Shown: positions 12,150 through 26,475, numbered from the stretch's first letter. The stretch is DNA of 64,000 bases from Hemiscyllium ocellatum (GCF_020745735.1 NW_026867531.1:372001-436000), one strand, 5' to 3'. Made by a program: numbers and translations. Notes: generated by a model from the sequence alone, not told the origin.

Positions 12150-14576
12150 CTTCCCCAAGCTGTACAAGGCCTCACCTTCATTCCCCTACGCTCTCGGATT
12201 AAGGAGTTCAACATGCGGCGAGACATCGAACAATTCTTCTGCCGCCTTCACCTCCGTGCCTACTTCTTCAACCAGTACTCTCCCCCACCCTCTGACGACC
12301 CCTTCTCCCACCTCCAACACACCCCATCCACCTGGACACCTCCTGCTGGCCTCTTACCTGCCCTCGATCTCTTCATAGCCAACTGCCGCCGCGACATTAA
12401 CCGCCTCAATCTCTCACCCCCTCCAACCCCTCACCCTGGGAATGTGCAGCCCTCCACTCCTTCTGTTCCAACCCCAACCTCACTATCAAACCAGCAGACA
12501 AGGGAGGCGCGGTAGTAGTTTGGCGCACCGACCTTTACACCGCTGAGGCTAAACGCCAGCTCGCGGACACCTCCTCCGACTGCCCCCTTGACCATGGCTC
12601 CACCTCCCACCACCAAACTATCATCTCCCAGACCATCCATAACCTCATCACCTCAGAGGATCTCCCATTCCCCGTCTCCAACCTCATAGTCCCACAACCC
12701 CGCACCGCCCGTTTCTACCTCCTGCCCAAAATCCACAAATCTGACTGCCCCCGGCCGACCCATTGTCTCAGCCTGCTTCTGCCCCAGAGAACTCATCTCT
12801 GCATACCTCGACACGGTCCTGACCCCCTTAGTCCAAGAACTCCCCATCTACGTTCGGGACACCACCCATGCCCTCTACCTCCTCCATGATTTTCACTTCC
12901 CTGGTCCCCAACGCCTTATCTTCACCATGGACATTCAGTGCCTGGACACGTCCAACCCCCATCACGAAGGACTCATAGCCCTCTGCTTCTTCCTTTCCTG
13001 CCGTACCAACCAGTACCCTTCCACTGACACCCTCCTTTGACTGACTGAACTGGTCCTCACCCTGAATAACTTCTCTTTCCAATCCTCCCACTTCCTCCAA
13101 ACCAAAGGAGTAGCCATGGGCACCCACATGGGCCCCAGCTATGCCTGCCTCTTCATAGGATATATCTTCCACAGCTACACTGGCACCACCCCCCACCTTT
13201 TCCTCCGCTACATCGATGACTGTATCGGCGCTGCCTTGTGGAGGCAGGTTGAACAGTTCATCCACTTTACCAGCACCTTCCACCCCGACTTCAAATTTAC
13301 CTGAATCATCTCAGACTCCTCCCTCCCCTTCCTAGACCTTTCCATTTCTATCTCGGGCGACCGAATCAACACGGACATTTGCTATAAACCGACCGACTCC
13401 CACAACTACCTAGACTACACTTCCTCCCACCCTGCCCCCTGTAAAAACGCCATCCCATACTCCCAATTCCTTCGTCTCCGCCGCATCTGCTCCCAGGAGG
13501 ACCAGTTCCAATACCGTACAACCCAGATGGCCTCCTTCTTCAAAGACCGCAATTTCCCCCCAGACGTGATCGACGATGCCCTCCACCGCATCTCTTCCAC
13601 TTCCCGCTCCTCCGACCTTGAGCCCCGCCCTTCCAATCGCCACCAGGACAGAATCCCACTGTCATCACCTACCACCCCACCAACCTCCATGTACATTGTA
13701 TCATCCGTCGTCATTTCCGCCACCTCCAAAAGGACCCCACCACCAGAGATATATTTCCCTCCCCTCCCCTAACAGCGTTCCAAAAAGACCACTCCCTCTG
13801 TGACTCCCTTGTCAGGTCCACACCCCCCCACCAACCCAACCTCCACTCCTGGCACTTTCCCCTGCAACGCAAGAAATGCAAAACTTGCGCTCACACCTCC
13901 CACCTTACTTCCTTCCAAGGCCCCAAGGGATCCTTCCATATCCACCACAAATTCACCTGCACCTCCACACACATCATTTACTGCATCCGCTGCACCCGAT
14001 GTGACCTCTTCTGTATTGGGGAGACAGGCCGCCTACTTACAGAATGTTTCAGAGAACATCTCTTGGACATCCGGACCAACCAATCCAACCACCCCGTGGC
14101 TCAACACTTCAACTCCCCCTCCCACTCCACCAAGGACATGCAGATCCGCCAGGTCATAGCAACACGACGCCTGGAGGAAGAGCGCCTCATCTTCCGCCTA
14201 GGAACCCTCCAACCACAAGGGATGAACCTAGATTTCTCCAGCTTCCTCATTTCCCCCACCTTGTCTCAGTCAAATCCCTCGAACTCAGCACCACCTTCCT
14301 AACCTGCAATCTTCTTCCTGACCTCTCCGCCCCCACCCCCACTCCGGCCTATCACCCTCACCTTGACCTCCTTCCATTTCCAACGCGCCTCCCCCAAGTC
14401 CCTCCTCCCTACCTTTTATCTTAGCCTCCTGGACACACTTTCCTCATTCCTGAAGAAGAGCTCATGCCCAAAATGTCGACTCTCCTGCTCCTTGGATGCT
14501 GCCTGACCTGCTGCCCTTTTCCAGCAACACATTTTCAGCTCTGATCTCCAGCATCTGCAGTCCTCACTTTCTCCCA
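12150..14576 (+). mobile_element. Degenerate Penelope-like element (RT + GIY-YIG + 3' terminus), same family as 2468-5027, uninverted
   Basis: Collinear with 3099-5027 and includes the RT N-terminal part that is inverted in the first copy (PADKGGAVVV region at about 12490-12660). It has many frameshifts and ends with ...CAGTCCTCACTTTCTCC. Confidence 0.9.
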
Positions 14577-14599
14577 GTGGGATCTTGCAGAGGCCAGTA

Positions 14600-16900
14600 T
14601 TGGGTCCTTGCAGTTTCGAAGTTTGTGGAAATAACTTTCACTTGAAAGTTGGAGGACTGATCAGTGAGTTCACAGATGATATGAAAACTAGTGTGGTGGT
14701 AAACAGTGAGGAAGATGGGCTTAGATCATAGGAGGACAAACATGGTAAGGGAATACATGATGAACTATAGGGCCCTGGGAAGCACTGAAGATCAGAGGGA
14801 CCTTGTTGTGCATGTCCACCAGTCACTTAAACAGCAGGGCAGGTGATAAACTCGCCTTTCCTTGTTAAGCACAGAGTTTGAGCTGGGAAGTTCTGTTAGA
14901 ACTGTCGAAAACATTGGGGATAGCTAGCTTGTTGTCTGCATTTCTGGAATCCCCATTTAAGGAGGGATGTGTTAGTACTCAAGACTTGGAAAGATGTTTT
15001 CTGAGCTGGAGAGTTTCAGTTATGAAGAGCGACTGGAAAGATTGGATCGTTTTCCTTCGACCAGAGAGATTGAGAGGGGAGTCACAGGTAGATAGGATAG
15101 TGACGAAGGCATTTGATATGCTTTCCCTTATGAGTCAGAGCATTGAGTAAAGGAGTTTGGAGGTCATGTTGTGGCTGTACAGGACATTGGTTAGTCTACC
15201 TTTGGAGTATTGTGTGCAATTCTGCTCTGAATCCTATAGAAAGGATGTTGTGAAATTTGAAAGGGTTCAGAAAAGATTTACAAGGATGTTGCCAGGGTTG
15301 GAGGGTTTGAACTACAGGAAAGGCTGAATAGGCTGGAACTGTCTTCCCTGGAGTGTCGAAGGCTGAGGAGTGACCTTCAAGAGGTTTATAAAATCATGGA
15401 TGCATGGATAGGGTAAATAGACAAGGTCTTTTCCCTGGGGTGGGGGAGTCCAGAACTAGAGGGCATAGGTTTAGGGTGAGAGGGGAAAGACTTACAAGGG
15501 TTCTAAGGGGCAAGTTTTTCATGCAACAGGCGGTGCGTGTATGCAAGAGGAAGTGCAGGCCAGTACAAGGCTAGTAACAGATAAAAGGCATCGGGAGGGG
15601 TAGAAGAAAACTCCACAACCACCTGATGAAGGAGCAGTGTTCGGAAAGCTAGTGGTTCCAAATAAACCTGTTGGATTATAACCTGATGTTGGGTGAGTTT
15701 TAATTTGAACTGGAAGGGATTAGAGGGCCAAGTGCTGGTAAATGGGACGAGGTTAATTTTGGATATCTGGTTAGCATGGACGAGTTGGGCTGAAGGATCT
15801 GTTTCTGTGTTGTACATCTGTTTGACTCTATGACATCACTGAGATGTACAAAATAATGAGAGGTGTTGATTGGGTAGACAGTAAGGAAATATTCCCCTTG
15901 ATGGAGGAACCAATTCAGACAAATGTTGTAAAGACTGGAAGGCAGTGCAGATATTTAAGGTGAGGGGCAGGAGACTTAAGGGGAATGTCAGTGATAAAGT
16001 CATACAGCATGGAAACAGACCTTTTGGTTCCCCCCAAAGTCCATGCTAACCATAATCCCAAACAAAACTAGTCCCACCACCTGCTCCTGGCCCATATCCC
16101 TTCAATACTTTCCTGTTTGTCCAAATACCTTTTAAACATTGGAACTGAACCCGCATCCATTAATTCCTCATGAACCACTCTCTGTGTAGAACAAGTTGAA
16201 CCTCATTTCCCTTTTAAATCTTTCTCCTCTCACTTTAAAAGTATGTCCCCTAGTGCTGAAGTCTAGGGGGAATAAGCTCCCTAGTCCAAGGGGAAAATTT
16301 CCCCATGATCTACCTTATGAACATCCTTCATGATTTTATACATCTCAACCATGTCATCGAATAATAGAGATATACAGCTCAGAAACAGATCCTTCGGCCC
16401 AACTCATCCATGCTGACCAGATATCCTAATTTACCCTAGTCCCATTTACCTGTCCTTGTTCCATATCTCTCTAATCACTTCCTCTTCATATACAAACCCT
16501 GAAGTCTATCACCCGAGGGAAAAGACATCTGACATTCACCTTATATATGCTCCTTATTATACTATAAACCTCTGTAAGGTCACCCCTCAACCTTCAAGCT
16601 CCTTTCCATATAACTCAAACCCTCCAGTCCTGACAACATCCTCGTAAATAATTTCTGAACAGTTTAACAATACCCCTCCTATAACAGGGAGACCAGAATT
16701 GGGCACAGTATTCTAGAAGAGGCCTGTACAACCTCCACATGATGTTCTAACTCCTATACTCATGGTCTGTATAATGAAGGGAAAAGGCTTTCACCCAGAG
16801 GGTGGTGAGAAACTGAATTCACTGCCGGAAGGGTATTACAGACAGAAGCTCTCGAATCATTGAAGAAGGATTCAGATGTGCACTTGCAATGCCAAGACAT
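14600..16900. mobile_element. Cluster of old CR1 3'-end fragments in both orientations plus a second-family PLE/HHR fragment (about 15620-15705)
   Basis: Recognisable CR1 3' motifs (GAGGTTTATAAAATCATG, GGGCATAGGTTTAGGGTGAGAGGGG, GGACGAGTTGGGCTGAAGG) and CTGATGAAGGAGC...GAAAGCTAG at 15623-15652. Boundaries are approximate. Confidence 0.65.
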
Positions 16901-18149
16901 ACAAGGTGATGAGTCTTGAAGGAGAACCGTTGCTGGTGTTTTTGAATCTGTAGTCTGTCCTGTTTGCCCGAAACGTCAATTTTCCTGCCCCTTGGATGCT
17001 GCCTGACTTGCTGGGCTTTTCCAGCACCACTCTAATCTAGACTCTGGTTTCCAGCATCTGCAGTCCTTGTTTTTACCTTATACAAGGTGATGGGCCGAGG
17101 GCTGAGAAATGAGATTACCATAGTTTGATGGTTGTTTATGACTGGCACAGAAGCAATGGGCTGAAGGGACTTGTTCTGCACTGTAGACCACTGCCATTCG
17201 ATAAACAACAGGACAATGAAGAGCCTTTGATTGAGGTGTTGGCACTAACAATTGTCAATGTGGCAGTGCCACAAGATTGAGCTTTATTCTGACACACTGT
17301 CAGACCTGGGTTTGAACTCTGTTCTCGCTCTCTGCAGATGCTTCTGCACCTGCTAAATATCTTCATCACTCAGTGTTTATTTGTGGTTACAGAGAGGATC
17401 TGAAGCTGCAGAGATGAAATCTGATGGTTTGTTAGATATGGGAAGGCGAAGCAGACACTTCCTGATTGAAAATGAAAAGTCAAACATAGAATTGTGAGGC
17501 TGTTAATCTATATTTTGTTCCACAAATCCAGACGACACAAGTTTCAGTACAACAGCAGATGCTTTATTATCGGAGTGCAGCGCGGGATTCTCCATGTCCC
17601 TGAAAGTAGTTGTGTGTCTACTTGTGGTGATACAAAAGGTCTATAATCCACATGGTTGACTGTCGTTACATTGTTTAAGATGGGCAATTATAATTTTACA
17701 AGGTCCGGTGAATGTTGATGTCCTGCAATAACGACTGATTATCGTATTCTTCATGATCATGTATCAATGGGAAGAGATTAAAACTGAAGGGTTTTGCCTG
17801 TTTTCAACGGGGAATTCACATCCCTATGCTAATATGGAGAGGAAGCAAGATAATGGGAGCAGGAGGCAGTTTAACAGGGTTGTGGCCAAGGCTATCAGTC
17901 TGGGCTGGGGAGGACAAATACCGTTGCCTGAGACTGCAGAGGAATCCACATGTGTGGCTGCAATGGATTCCTTCACGAAGATTCAGTTATCCTACTGAGA
18001 TGTTCTGTCTATTCTGTAATTGATACTGTGTGAGTCTGTTTCACAGTGGAATGTTTAAGCCTTGAGTGCCCAGTATGCCTTGAAAGAGAATTAAAGCATG
18101 AAGTGATCCTTTTCTGGCTTTATAACGTCCTCACCAAACTCCTCCTGTC

Positions 18150-20207
18150 AGATATAAACCAGCCCCTCGCTCACTGACACCAATCACCCCCTGTTGAATA
18201 TAAACCACCCCACAGACACAAATCTCCCCATGTCTGATTTCACCCTGTCCCACAGACAGTGACAACATTTTCCTCCAGTCTGATATAAACCAGCCCCACA
18301 GACACTAACACCAATCTCCCCCAGTCTGATATAAACCAGCCCCACAGACACTGACACCAATCTCCCCCAGTCTGATATAAACCAGCCCCACAGTCACTAA
18401 CACCAATCTCCCCCAGTCTGATATAAACCAGCCCCACAGTCACTGACACCAATCTCCCCCAGTCTGATATAAACCAGCCCCACAGTCACTGACACCAATC
18501 TCCCCCAGTCTGATATAAACCAGCCCCACAGACACTGACACCAATCTCCCCCAGTCTGATATAAACCAGCCCCACAGTCACTGACACCAATCTCCCCCAG
18601 TCTGATATAAACCAGCCCCACAGACACTAACACCAATCTCCCCCAGTCTGATATAAACCAGCCCCACAGTCACTAACACCAATCTCCCCCAGTCTGATAT
18701 AAACCAGCCCCACAGTCACTGACACTAATCTCTGACTGTCTGCTATAAACCAGCCCCACAGACATTGACGCCAATCTCTGCCTGTCTGATATAAACCAAC
18801 TAGTTAAAAACAAGGGCTGCAGATGCTGGAAACCAGAATCTAGATGAGAGTGGTGCTGGAAAAGCACAGCACGTCAGTCAGCATCCGAGAAGCAGGAAAA
18901 TCGACGTGTCGGGCAAAAACCCTTCATCAGGGATAGAGGCAGGGAGTCTGCAGAGTGGAAAGATCTTGTAGACAGAGGAGGAAAACTGATATAAACGAGC
19001 CCCACAGTCACCAATCTCCCCCAGTCTGATATAAACCAGCCCCACAGTCACTGACACCAATCTCCCCCTGTCTGATATAAACCAGCCCCACAGTCACTGA
19101 CGCCAATCTCTGCCTGTCTGATAGAAGAAAGTGAAGACTGCAGATGCTAGAGATCAGAGCTGAAAATGTGTTGCTGGAAAAGCGCAGCAGGTCAGGCAGC
19201 ATCCAAAGAGCAGGAGAATCGACGTTTCGGGCATGAGCCCTTCTTCAGGAATGAGGAAAGTGTGTCCAGCAGGCTAAGATAAAAGTAGGAAGGAGGGACC
19301 TGGGGGAGGGGTGTTGGAAATGCGATAGGTGGAAGGAGGTCAAGGTGAGGGTGATAGGCCGGAGTGGGAGTGGGGGCGGAGAGGTCAGGAAGAAGATTGC
19401 AGGTTAGGAAGGCGGTGCTGAGTTCAAGGGATTTGACTGAGACAAGGTGGAGGAAATGAGGAAGCTGGAGAAATCTAGGTTCATCCCTTGTGGTTGGAGG
19501 GTTCCTAGGCGGAAGATGAGGTGCTCTTCCCCCAATGATGGGGAGACAGGCTGCCTACTTGCAGAACATTTCAGGGAACACCTCTGGGACACCCGGACCA
19601 AGCAACCCAACCACCCCGTGGTTCAACACTTCAACTCCCCTTCCCACTCCACCAAGGACATGCAGGTCCTTGGACTCCTCCATCGCCAGACCATAGCAAC
19701 ACGATGGCTGGAGGAAGAGCGCCTCATCTTCTGCCTAGGAACCCTCCAACCACAAGGGATGAAACTAGATTTCTCCAGCTTCCTCATTTCCCCTCTCCCC
19801 ACCTTGTCTCAGTCAAATCCCTCGAACTCAGCACTGCCTTCCTAACCTGCAATCTTCTTCCTGACCTCTCTGTCCCCACCCCCACTCCAGCCTATCACCA
19901 TCACCTTGACCTCCTTCCACCTATCGCATTTCCAACGTCCCTCCCCCAAGTCCCTCCTCCCTACCTTTTATCTTAGCCTGCTGGACACACTTTCCTCATT
20001 CCTGAAGAAGGGCTCATGCCCGAAACGTCGATTCTCCTGCTCTTTGGATGCTGCATGACCTGCTGCGCTTTTCCAGCAACACATTTTTCAGCTCTGCCTG
20101 TCTGATATAAACCAGCCCCACAGACACTGACGCCAATCTCTGCCTGTCTGATATAAACCAGCCCCACAGACACTGACGCCAATCTCTGCCTGTCTGATAT
20201 AAACCAA
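18150..20207. repeat. 46-bp minisatellite (ATATAAACCAGCCCCACAGTCACTGACACCAATCTCCCCCAGTCTG) interrupted by PLE-derived insertions
   Basis: Unit length counted at 18421-18466. The array runs about 18150-18797, 18987-19123 and 20092-20207. Confidence 0.93.
19124..20091. mobile_element. PLE derivative with inverted 3' termini (about 400-bp minus arm + 560-bp plus arm), hammerheads in both arms
   Basis: The left arm is the reverse complement of the PLE 3' end. The right arm covers the GIY-YIG C-terminus (LAEHFREHL...EEERLIF) to ...CATTTTTCAGCTC. Flanking repeat CTCTGCCTGTCTGATA at 19108-19123 and 20092-20107; this could partly reflect the array unit. HHR core at 20002-20029. Confidence 0.85.
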
Positions 20208-21174
20208 TTAATTGAAAACAATGACTGCAGATGCTGGAAACCAGAGTCTAGATGAGAGTGGACCTGGAAAAACACAGGCAGCGTCCGAGGAGCAGGAAAA
20301 TCGACGTGTCGGGCAAAAACCCTCCATCAGGAATAGAGGCAGGGAACCTGCAGAGTGGAAAGATCTTGTAGACAGAGGAGGAAAACTTCTTCAAGACAAA
20401 AAAGACTGAGTGTATGCCTCTCATAATTTTGTACAGTTCTATAAGATCCCCTCTCAGTCTCCTAGACTGCCAAGAAAAGAAGTTCTAGCTTGTTCAGCCT
20501 CTCCTTATAACACTGAGTGCGAGCAACATCCTTAGAAATTTCTTCTGCACCTTTCCAGTTTAATAACATCCTTCCTCGAGCAAGGTGACTAAAACAGAAC
20601 ACATGCTCCAACTGCAGCCTCACCCACCTCCTGTATAACTGTCGGTTTTTGTGAAGACAGAACTAAAGGATGGATACAATTGCTCAGCTGTTTCGTTGTC
20701 CTTTGTTATACATTTCCCCAATTTCCATCTGGAGGGACCTACCATTTGTCTTCATCAATCTCTTTCTCTTCATGCACTGTAGAACCTTGTAGCGTCAGTC
20801 TTCATGCTCCCTGCAAGCTTACTTTCTTTTGGACTGTTTTCCCCATCTTAATCAATCCCTTGGTCCTTCTTTGCTGAATTCAAAACTGCTCTCAAACATC
20901 AGACCTATTATTTTTCTTGGCCCATTTCTATGCTATTTCCTTCAATTGGATGCTATCTAATTTCCTTTATAAGCCATGGATTGGCCCTGTTACCCATTTT
21001 GCTTTTGTACCAGACAGGAATAAATAGTTGTTGCAGTTCCCCCATGATTTCCTTGAATATTTGCCAATGCCTATCTACTGTCACACCTTTAAGCAACTTT
21101 CACTGATCTATCAACGCCAACTCATGCCTTATATGTCTTCATAGTTTCCTTTATTAAAATTCAGCACCCTAGTC

Positions 21175-24100
21175 TCCAAATCAGCTGGCTCACTCTCCAT
21201 CTTGATAAAAAAGTTGTATCATGTCATGGTCACTCATCCCCAAGGAGTCTCACGCAGCTAGATTGGCAATGATTCCCTTCTCATTACACAGTACCCAGTC
21301 TAAGATGGCCTGCTCTCTAGTTGGTTCATCCACATATTGGTTAAAAAACCATCCCGCATGTACTCCAGGAATTTTTCCTCTAAGACATTGTGGCTAATTT
21401 GATTTGTCCAATCTAGATGCAGATTAAAATCACCCATGATCACAGATGTCTCCATATCACATGCTTGGCTAATTTCCTGTTGAATACTATTCCGATATGA
21501 CCACTGCAGTCTGGGGGTCTGTGTATGACACCCACTAATGTTTTTTGTCCTTTGGTATTTCACAGCTCCACCCATACAGTCTCCACATTGTCAAAGCTAA
21601 TGTCCTAAAAAGAGATGAACAAAAATACATGACCAGGAATTGAGATATTTCTGCTTAATTATTGATCTTGGATTGATGCTAATTAGCCTTGTCGACTTTC
21701 AATGAATTGCTTCATAAAATCTGGGACCGCCAGCAGAAGGTGATGAGCTAGAACATTTGTGGAATTGCTTTCTCAGTAAATGAACATAGATACATTTTGT
21801 TGAGTTTTTCACAGTAGATGACAGTGCTTCTCCAGCAGGTGGAAGTGACGGCTGATAGTAGATCCTTCAACCAACACCTTCACTCATAAAAAGTTAAGGC
21901 ACACAAAAGGTTGACTGAGGCTACTTAGTTTAACATCATTTATTGAAAAAAATGGTGGAGTCTTTAAAAAAGAATGTTACAGCAGAAAACTGAGAATGGC
22001 TTTACAAAATGGAAATCTTGCCTGATAAATGTATTGGAATTCTTGGAGAAAATGGAGGAAAACATGATTGTAATATGTTTTGATTTTCTGAAGGTGTTTG
22101 ACAGCAGCCATGCATAAGATTACTGAATAAGAAAGGAGCCTTGGCTTTGGAGGGACTGTATTAACGTGGAGAGAGGATTTTTGAAATCCCAATCAGAAAA
22201 GTTTGATGAAGTGTTTTATTTTACAGGATGTCAATCTGTGGAGTACCACATAAATCTGTTCTGGGGGAGAAAAAAAATTTACAAAGTATTTTGATGACTT
22301 AGATGAGGAAAGTGAATATATTGTAGGCAAGTTTGCGAATGACACAAAAATTGGAGCAGAGACAAGTGGTGAGTATGACACAAAAAGAAGTTTGTGGAGC
22401 GATACAGATAGGACGGGAGTGAACAAGGAGCTTTGCACATTAATGTAATGTGGATTAAATAAATGAGAACAGGCATAAACAGTGAACTTGTGCATTTTAA
22501 CAGGCAAGATAGAGATTGAATTCAGAAATCTACAGGAAGTCTGCATCTCCGAACCACAAAAAGTTAGCTTTTAATTTCAACTGTCAATAAAGATGGCAAA
22601 TGTCATGTTGGGGTTTGTTTAAAAACTAATGGAATACTGAGATTAGGAACAGTCAGATAGAGCAGCGAATGTGTAGCTGAGGAGCTGCTGCAGGGGTTAG
22701 GATTCCCATTTTTCAATCATTGGGATCTCTTCAGGGATAGAAATGACCTATATAAGAGGGACCTGAATTGGAAGGGGACCGATATTCTTGTGGGGAAATT
22801 TGCTAGCAGTATGCTGAAGGTTTTAAATTAGTAAGGGGGATGGTGGGAACCAACAAGATAGTGAGAAAAGAGAAATTTTTGAGGTGAGATGTGGTGAGCA
22901 ATTCTAGGGGTCAAGGCAGACAACAGTTTGGCAAGAGCAAGGTAAGACTGCTAAACTGCATTTACTTCGATGCAAGAGATCTGACATGTGAGACAGATGA
23001 ACATAGGGCATAGATGGGAATGTGGGACAAGGATAACATTCCCATTACAGAAATGTGGGTCAGGGATGAACAGGACTGGCAATTTAATGTTCCAGGATAC
23101 AGATGTTATAGAATGTATAGACAGAGGAGCAAGAGAGGAGATGGAGTAGTGTTTTGGTTAGAAAGAACATTACAGCTGGATGTAGAGAGGACATTTCTTG
23201 GAGACTGCCCAGTGAAGTTATATGGATGAAACTTAAAAATAAGAAAGAGGTGATGACCTTGCTGGGATTGTAAAATGGGCCTCCTAATAGTCAGTGGGAA
23301 ATTTACAAGCGATTATGCTATCTGTAAGGAAAGAGGATAATGGTAGGGAATTTTAACTTTCCAAACAGAGTTTGGGGTAGTGTTTAGATCTTGGAATGTG
23401 GAGAAATTGGTTAAGTGTGTACAAGAAAACGTTGTTATTCAATATGTGGATGCACCTACTGGACAGTTCGCAATACTTGACCTTCTGTTGGGAATCAAGG
23501 CAGGACAAGTGACTGAGGTGTCTGTAGGGGCACACTTCAGGGAAAGTGATCATAATTCTATTGGTTTAATAATAATGATGAGAAAGGATAGAATTGATTT
23601 AAAAATGAAAGTTTCAAATTGGAATGTGGCCAGTTTCGAAGGTAGAAGACTTTGAGAAGTTGGTTGGGGGAGATTATTCTCAGGTAAAGGGACGGCTGAC
23701 AAGTGGGAGGCCTTTAAGAATGAGACAATGAGAGTTCAGTGATGGTATGTTTCTGTTTGTGTGAAGGGCAAGGCATGGGAAAAGCTCAATGATGAGGGAA
23801 ATTGCAACTCCTGTCCAGAAAACGAAGGGGGCATTCATCAGATATAGACAGCTGGGATTGAGTGAATCCTGAGAAGGGGATAAGGGCAGTCAGAGTATCC
23901 TTAACCAGGAAATCATGAGGGAAAAAAGGGGGCATGAAATTGCTTTGGCAAATAGAATTAAGGAGAATCCGCAAAGATTCTAAAATTATTTTAAGGTTAA
24001 AAGAATAACTAAGGAGAGAATACAGCCCTTAAAGATCAACATGGCTTTCCATGCATGGAACCACAGGAGATGGCTGAGACACTAAGCAAATATTTTGTAT

Positions 24101-24420
24101 CAATATTTACAGTAGACAGGAGCATAGAAGCTAAGGAACTTGGGAAATAAATAATGTGATCTTAAAATGAGTTCATCTTACAGAAGAGGCGGTGTTGGAG
24201 GTCTTACAGTAGAAAAATGGAAATAAATCCTGGAGACCTGGTTAGGTTTTCTCCGAACTTTGTGGGAAACTAGGGAAGAGATTCGTGGACCCCTTGCTGA
24301 GATATTTGTATCGTTGATAATCATAGATGAGATGCCAGAAGACTGGAGAGTGACTAATGTGGCAACATTATTGAAGAAAGTTGTATGGAAAAGCCAGGGA
24401 ACCATAAACTGGTGAGCCTT
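21175..24420. mobile_element. Old degenerate CR1 fragments: minus-strand APE piece (about 21175-21605), plus-strand RT piece (about 21960-22640), and plus-strand ORF1-end/APE/RT copy (about 22640-24420)
   Basis: Translated remnants SVIMGDFNLHLDW, QYVDAPT...ILDLLLG and HFRESDHNSI. The ORF1/ORF2 junction homolog is at 22815-22850. Confidence 0.75.
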
Positions 24421-25636
24421 TCACACCAGAGATGCTGCCAGACCTTCTGAACATTTCCAGCAGTTTCCGTTTTTGTTTCTGATACACAGCACCCACAGTT
24501 CTTTCAGTTTTTACTTAGTAGTCAGAGAGCATTACGTTTTGGATGGGAGGCCTGTTAGAACATAACAACATCCAAACATTAGAAATACGATCAGGAGTAG
24601 GCCATCTGACCCCATGAGTCTGCTCTTCCTTTAAATAACATCATGGATCATCTTTCAATGGATTAAGATTCCACTTACCCACCCGCTCACTATAACCCTC
24701 CATTCCTTTACTGTTAAAAAAATCTATTTTCACCTTTAAAACATTCAACAGGTTGGCCTCAGCTGCTTCACTAGGCAGGGGATTCCACAGATTCACAACC
24801 CTTTGGGTGAAGATGTTGATCCTCAACTCAGTCCTAAATCTGTTGCCCTTATTTTGATGTTATGCCCCGTCATTCTAATTTCACCCACCAGTGGAAATAG
24901 CCTCCCTGCTTCTGTCTTATCTATTCCATTTATAATTTTACAACCCCCCTCCCACATTCTTCTGAATTCCAATGAGTATAATCCCAGTCTGCTCAATCTC
25001 TCCTCACAAGCCAACCCCCTCATTTCCAGAATCAACGTAATCAACCTCCTCAGCAAACCCCACCCCAGTGCCATCTCATGTAAGGCGATGAAAAGTGTAC
25101 AGAATACTTCAGGCATGGTCACACCAGCGCCCTATACAGCTGCAACAGAAAGTCCTAATTTTAAACTCTATCCACAGCCAATGAAGGACATTATTCCATT
25201 TGTCTTCCTAATTAGCTACTGTACCTGCAAACCATACTGTTTTGTTTCATGCACAAGAACAGCCAAGTCCCCCTGCACAGCAGCATTCTGTTTGTTATTA
25301 TTCCTACCAAAATGGATGACCTCACGTTTATTAACATTGTACTCCATCTGCCAGACTCTTGCCCACTCACTTAACCTATCTATATCCACCTGCACACTTT
25401 GCTCTATCACTCATTTAAGTGCCTTCTGCAAACTACAACACACTACACTTGGATCTCTAACTCGAAGCAATCTACCTGAATTGTAAACAATTGCAGTGCC
25501 AACACTCATCCCTGAGACACACCACTCGCCACTGATTGCCAACCAGAAAAACACCCATTTATCCCCACGTTTTGCATTCTGTTAGTTAACCAGTTTTCTG
25601 TCCATGCTAATGCATTGCTCGTAACACTGTGCATCT

Positions 25637-26475
25637 GGGGTGCACCCATCTCCAGCTCCTCCAAACCCGTGTTAGGGAACTGGAGCTGGAGTTGGATGAA
25701 CTGCGGATCATTCGGGAGGCAGAGGAGGTCATAGATCGGAGCTTTAGGCAAGTAGTTACTCCGAAAGTTCAAGATAGATGGGTGACAGTGAGGGGGAGTG
25801 GGAGGAGGAAGCCAGTGCAGGGACCCCCTGCGGTCATTCCCCTCAAGAACAAGTATACCGTTTTGGATACTTGTGGGGGGGATGACTTACCAGGGGCAAG
25901 CAACGAGGTTCAGGCCTCTGGCACGGAGCCTGGCCCCGTTGCTCAGAAGGGTAGGGTGGAGAAAGGTAGAGCAATAGTTCTTGGGGACTCAATAGTGAGG
26001 GGTACAGACAGACGGTTTTGTGGGGGCGACAGGGACTCACGTTTGGTATGTTGCCTCCCAGGTGCAAGGGTACGTGATGTCGCTGATCGTGTTTTCCGGG
26101 TCCTTAAGGGGGAGGGGGAGCAGCCCCAGATCGTGGTCCACGTTGGCACCAACGATATAGGTAGGAAGAAGGGTGAGGATGTCAGACAGGCTTACAGGGA
26201 GCTAGGTTGGAAGCTCAGAGTTAGAACAAACAGTTGTAGTCTCTGGTTTGTTACCCGTGCCACGTGATAGAGAGTCGAGGAATAGGGAGAGAGAGCAGTT
26301 AAATGCGTGGCTACAGGGATGGTGCAGGAGGGAGGGATTCCGGTTTCTGGACAACTGGGGTCCTTTCTGGGGAAGGTGGGACCTCTATAAAAAGGATGGG
26401 CTACACCTGAACCTGAGGGGCACCAGTGTCCTTGGGGGGAGGTTTGCTAGTGCTCTTTGGGAGGGTTTAAACTAA
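25637..26475 (+). pseudogene. CR1 ORF1 remnant (coiled coil + SGNH esterase-like domain), 5'-truncated and frameshifted
   Basis: ORFs 25629-26267 and 26248-26475 are two frames of one ORF1 (…VRTN|RVVVSGLLPVPR expected). It ends LWEGLN-stop. Confidence 0.85.

Noticed and set aside
18421-18480. RSS-like CACAGTC...ATATAAACC in each 46-bp unit
   Set aside because: The spacer is 25 bp (19 in one variant), outside 12+/-1 and 23+/-1.
6230-20207. CRISPR-like array
   Set aside because: The units are head-to-tail tandem repeats without unique spacers, in a vertebrate genome.
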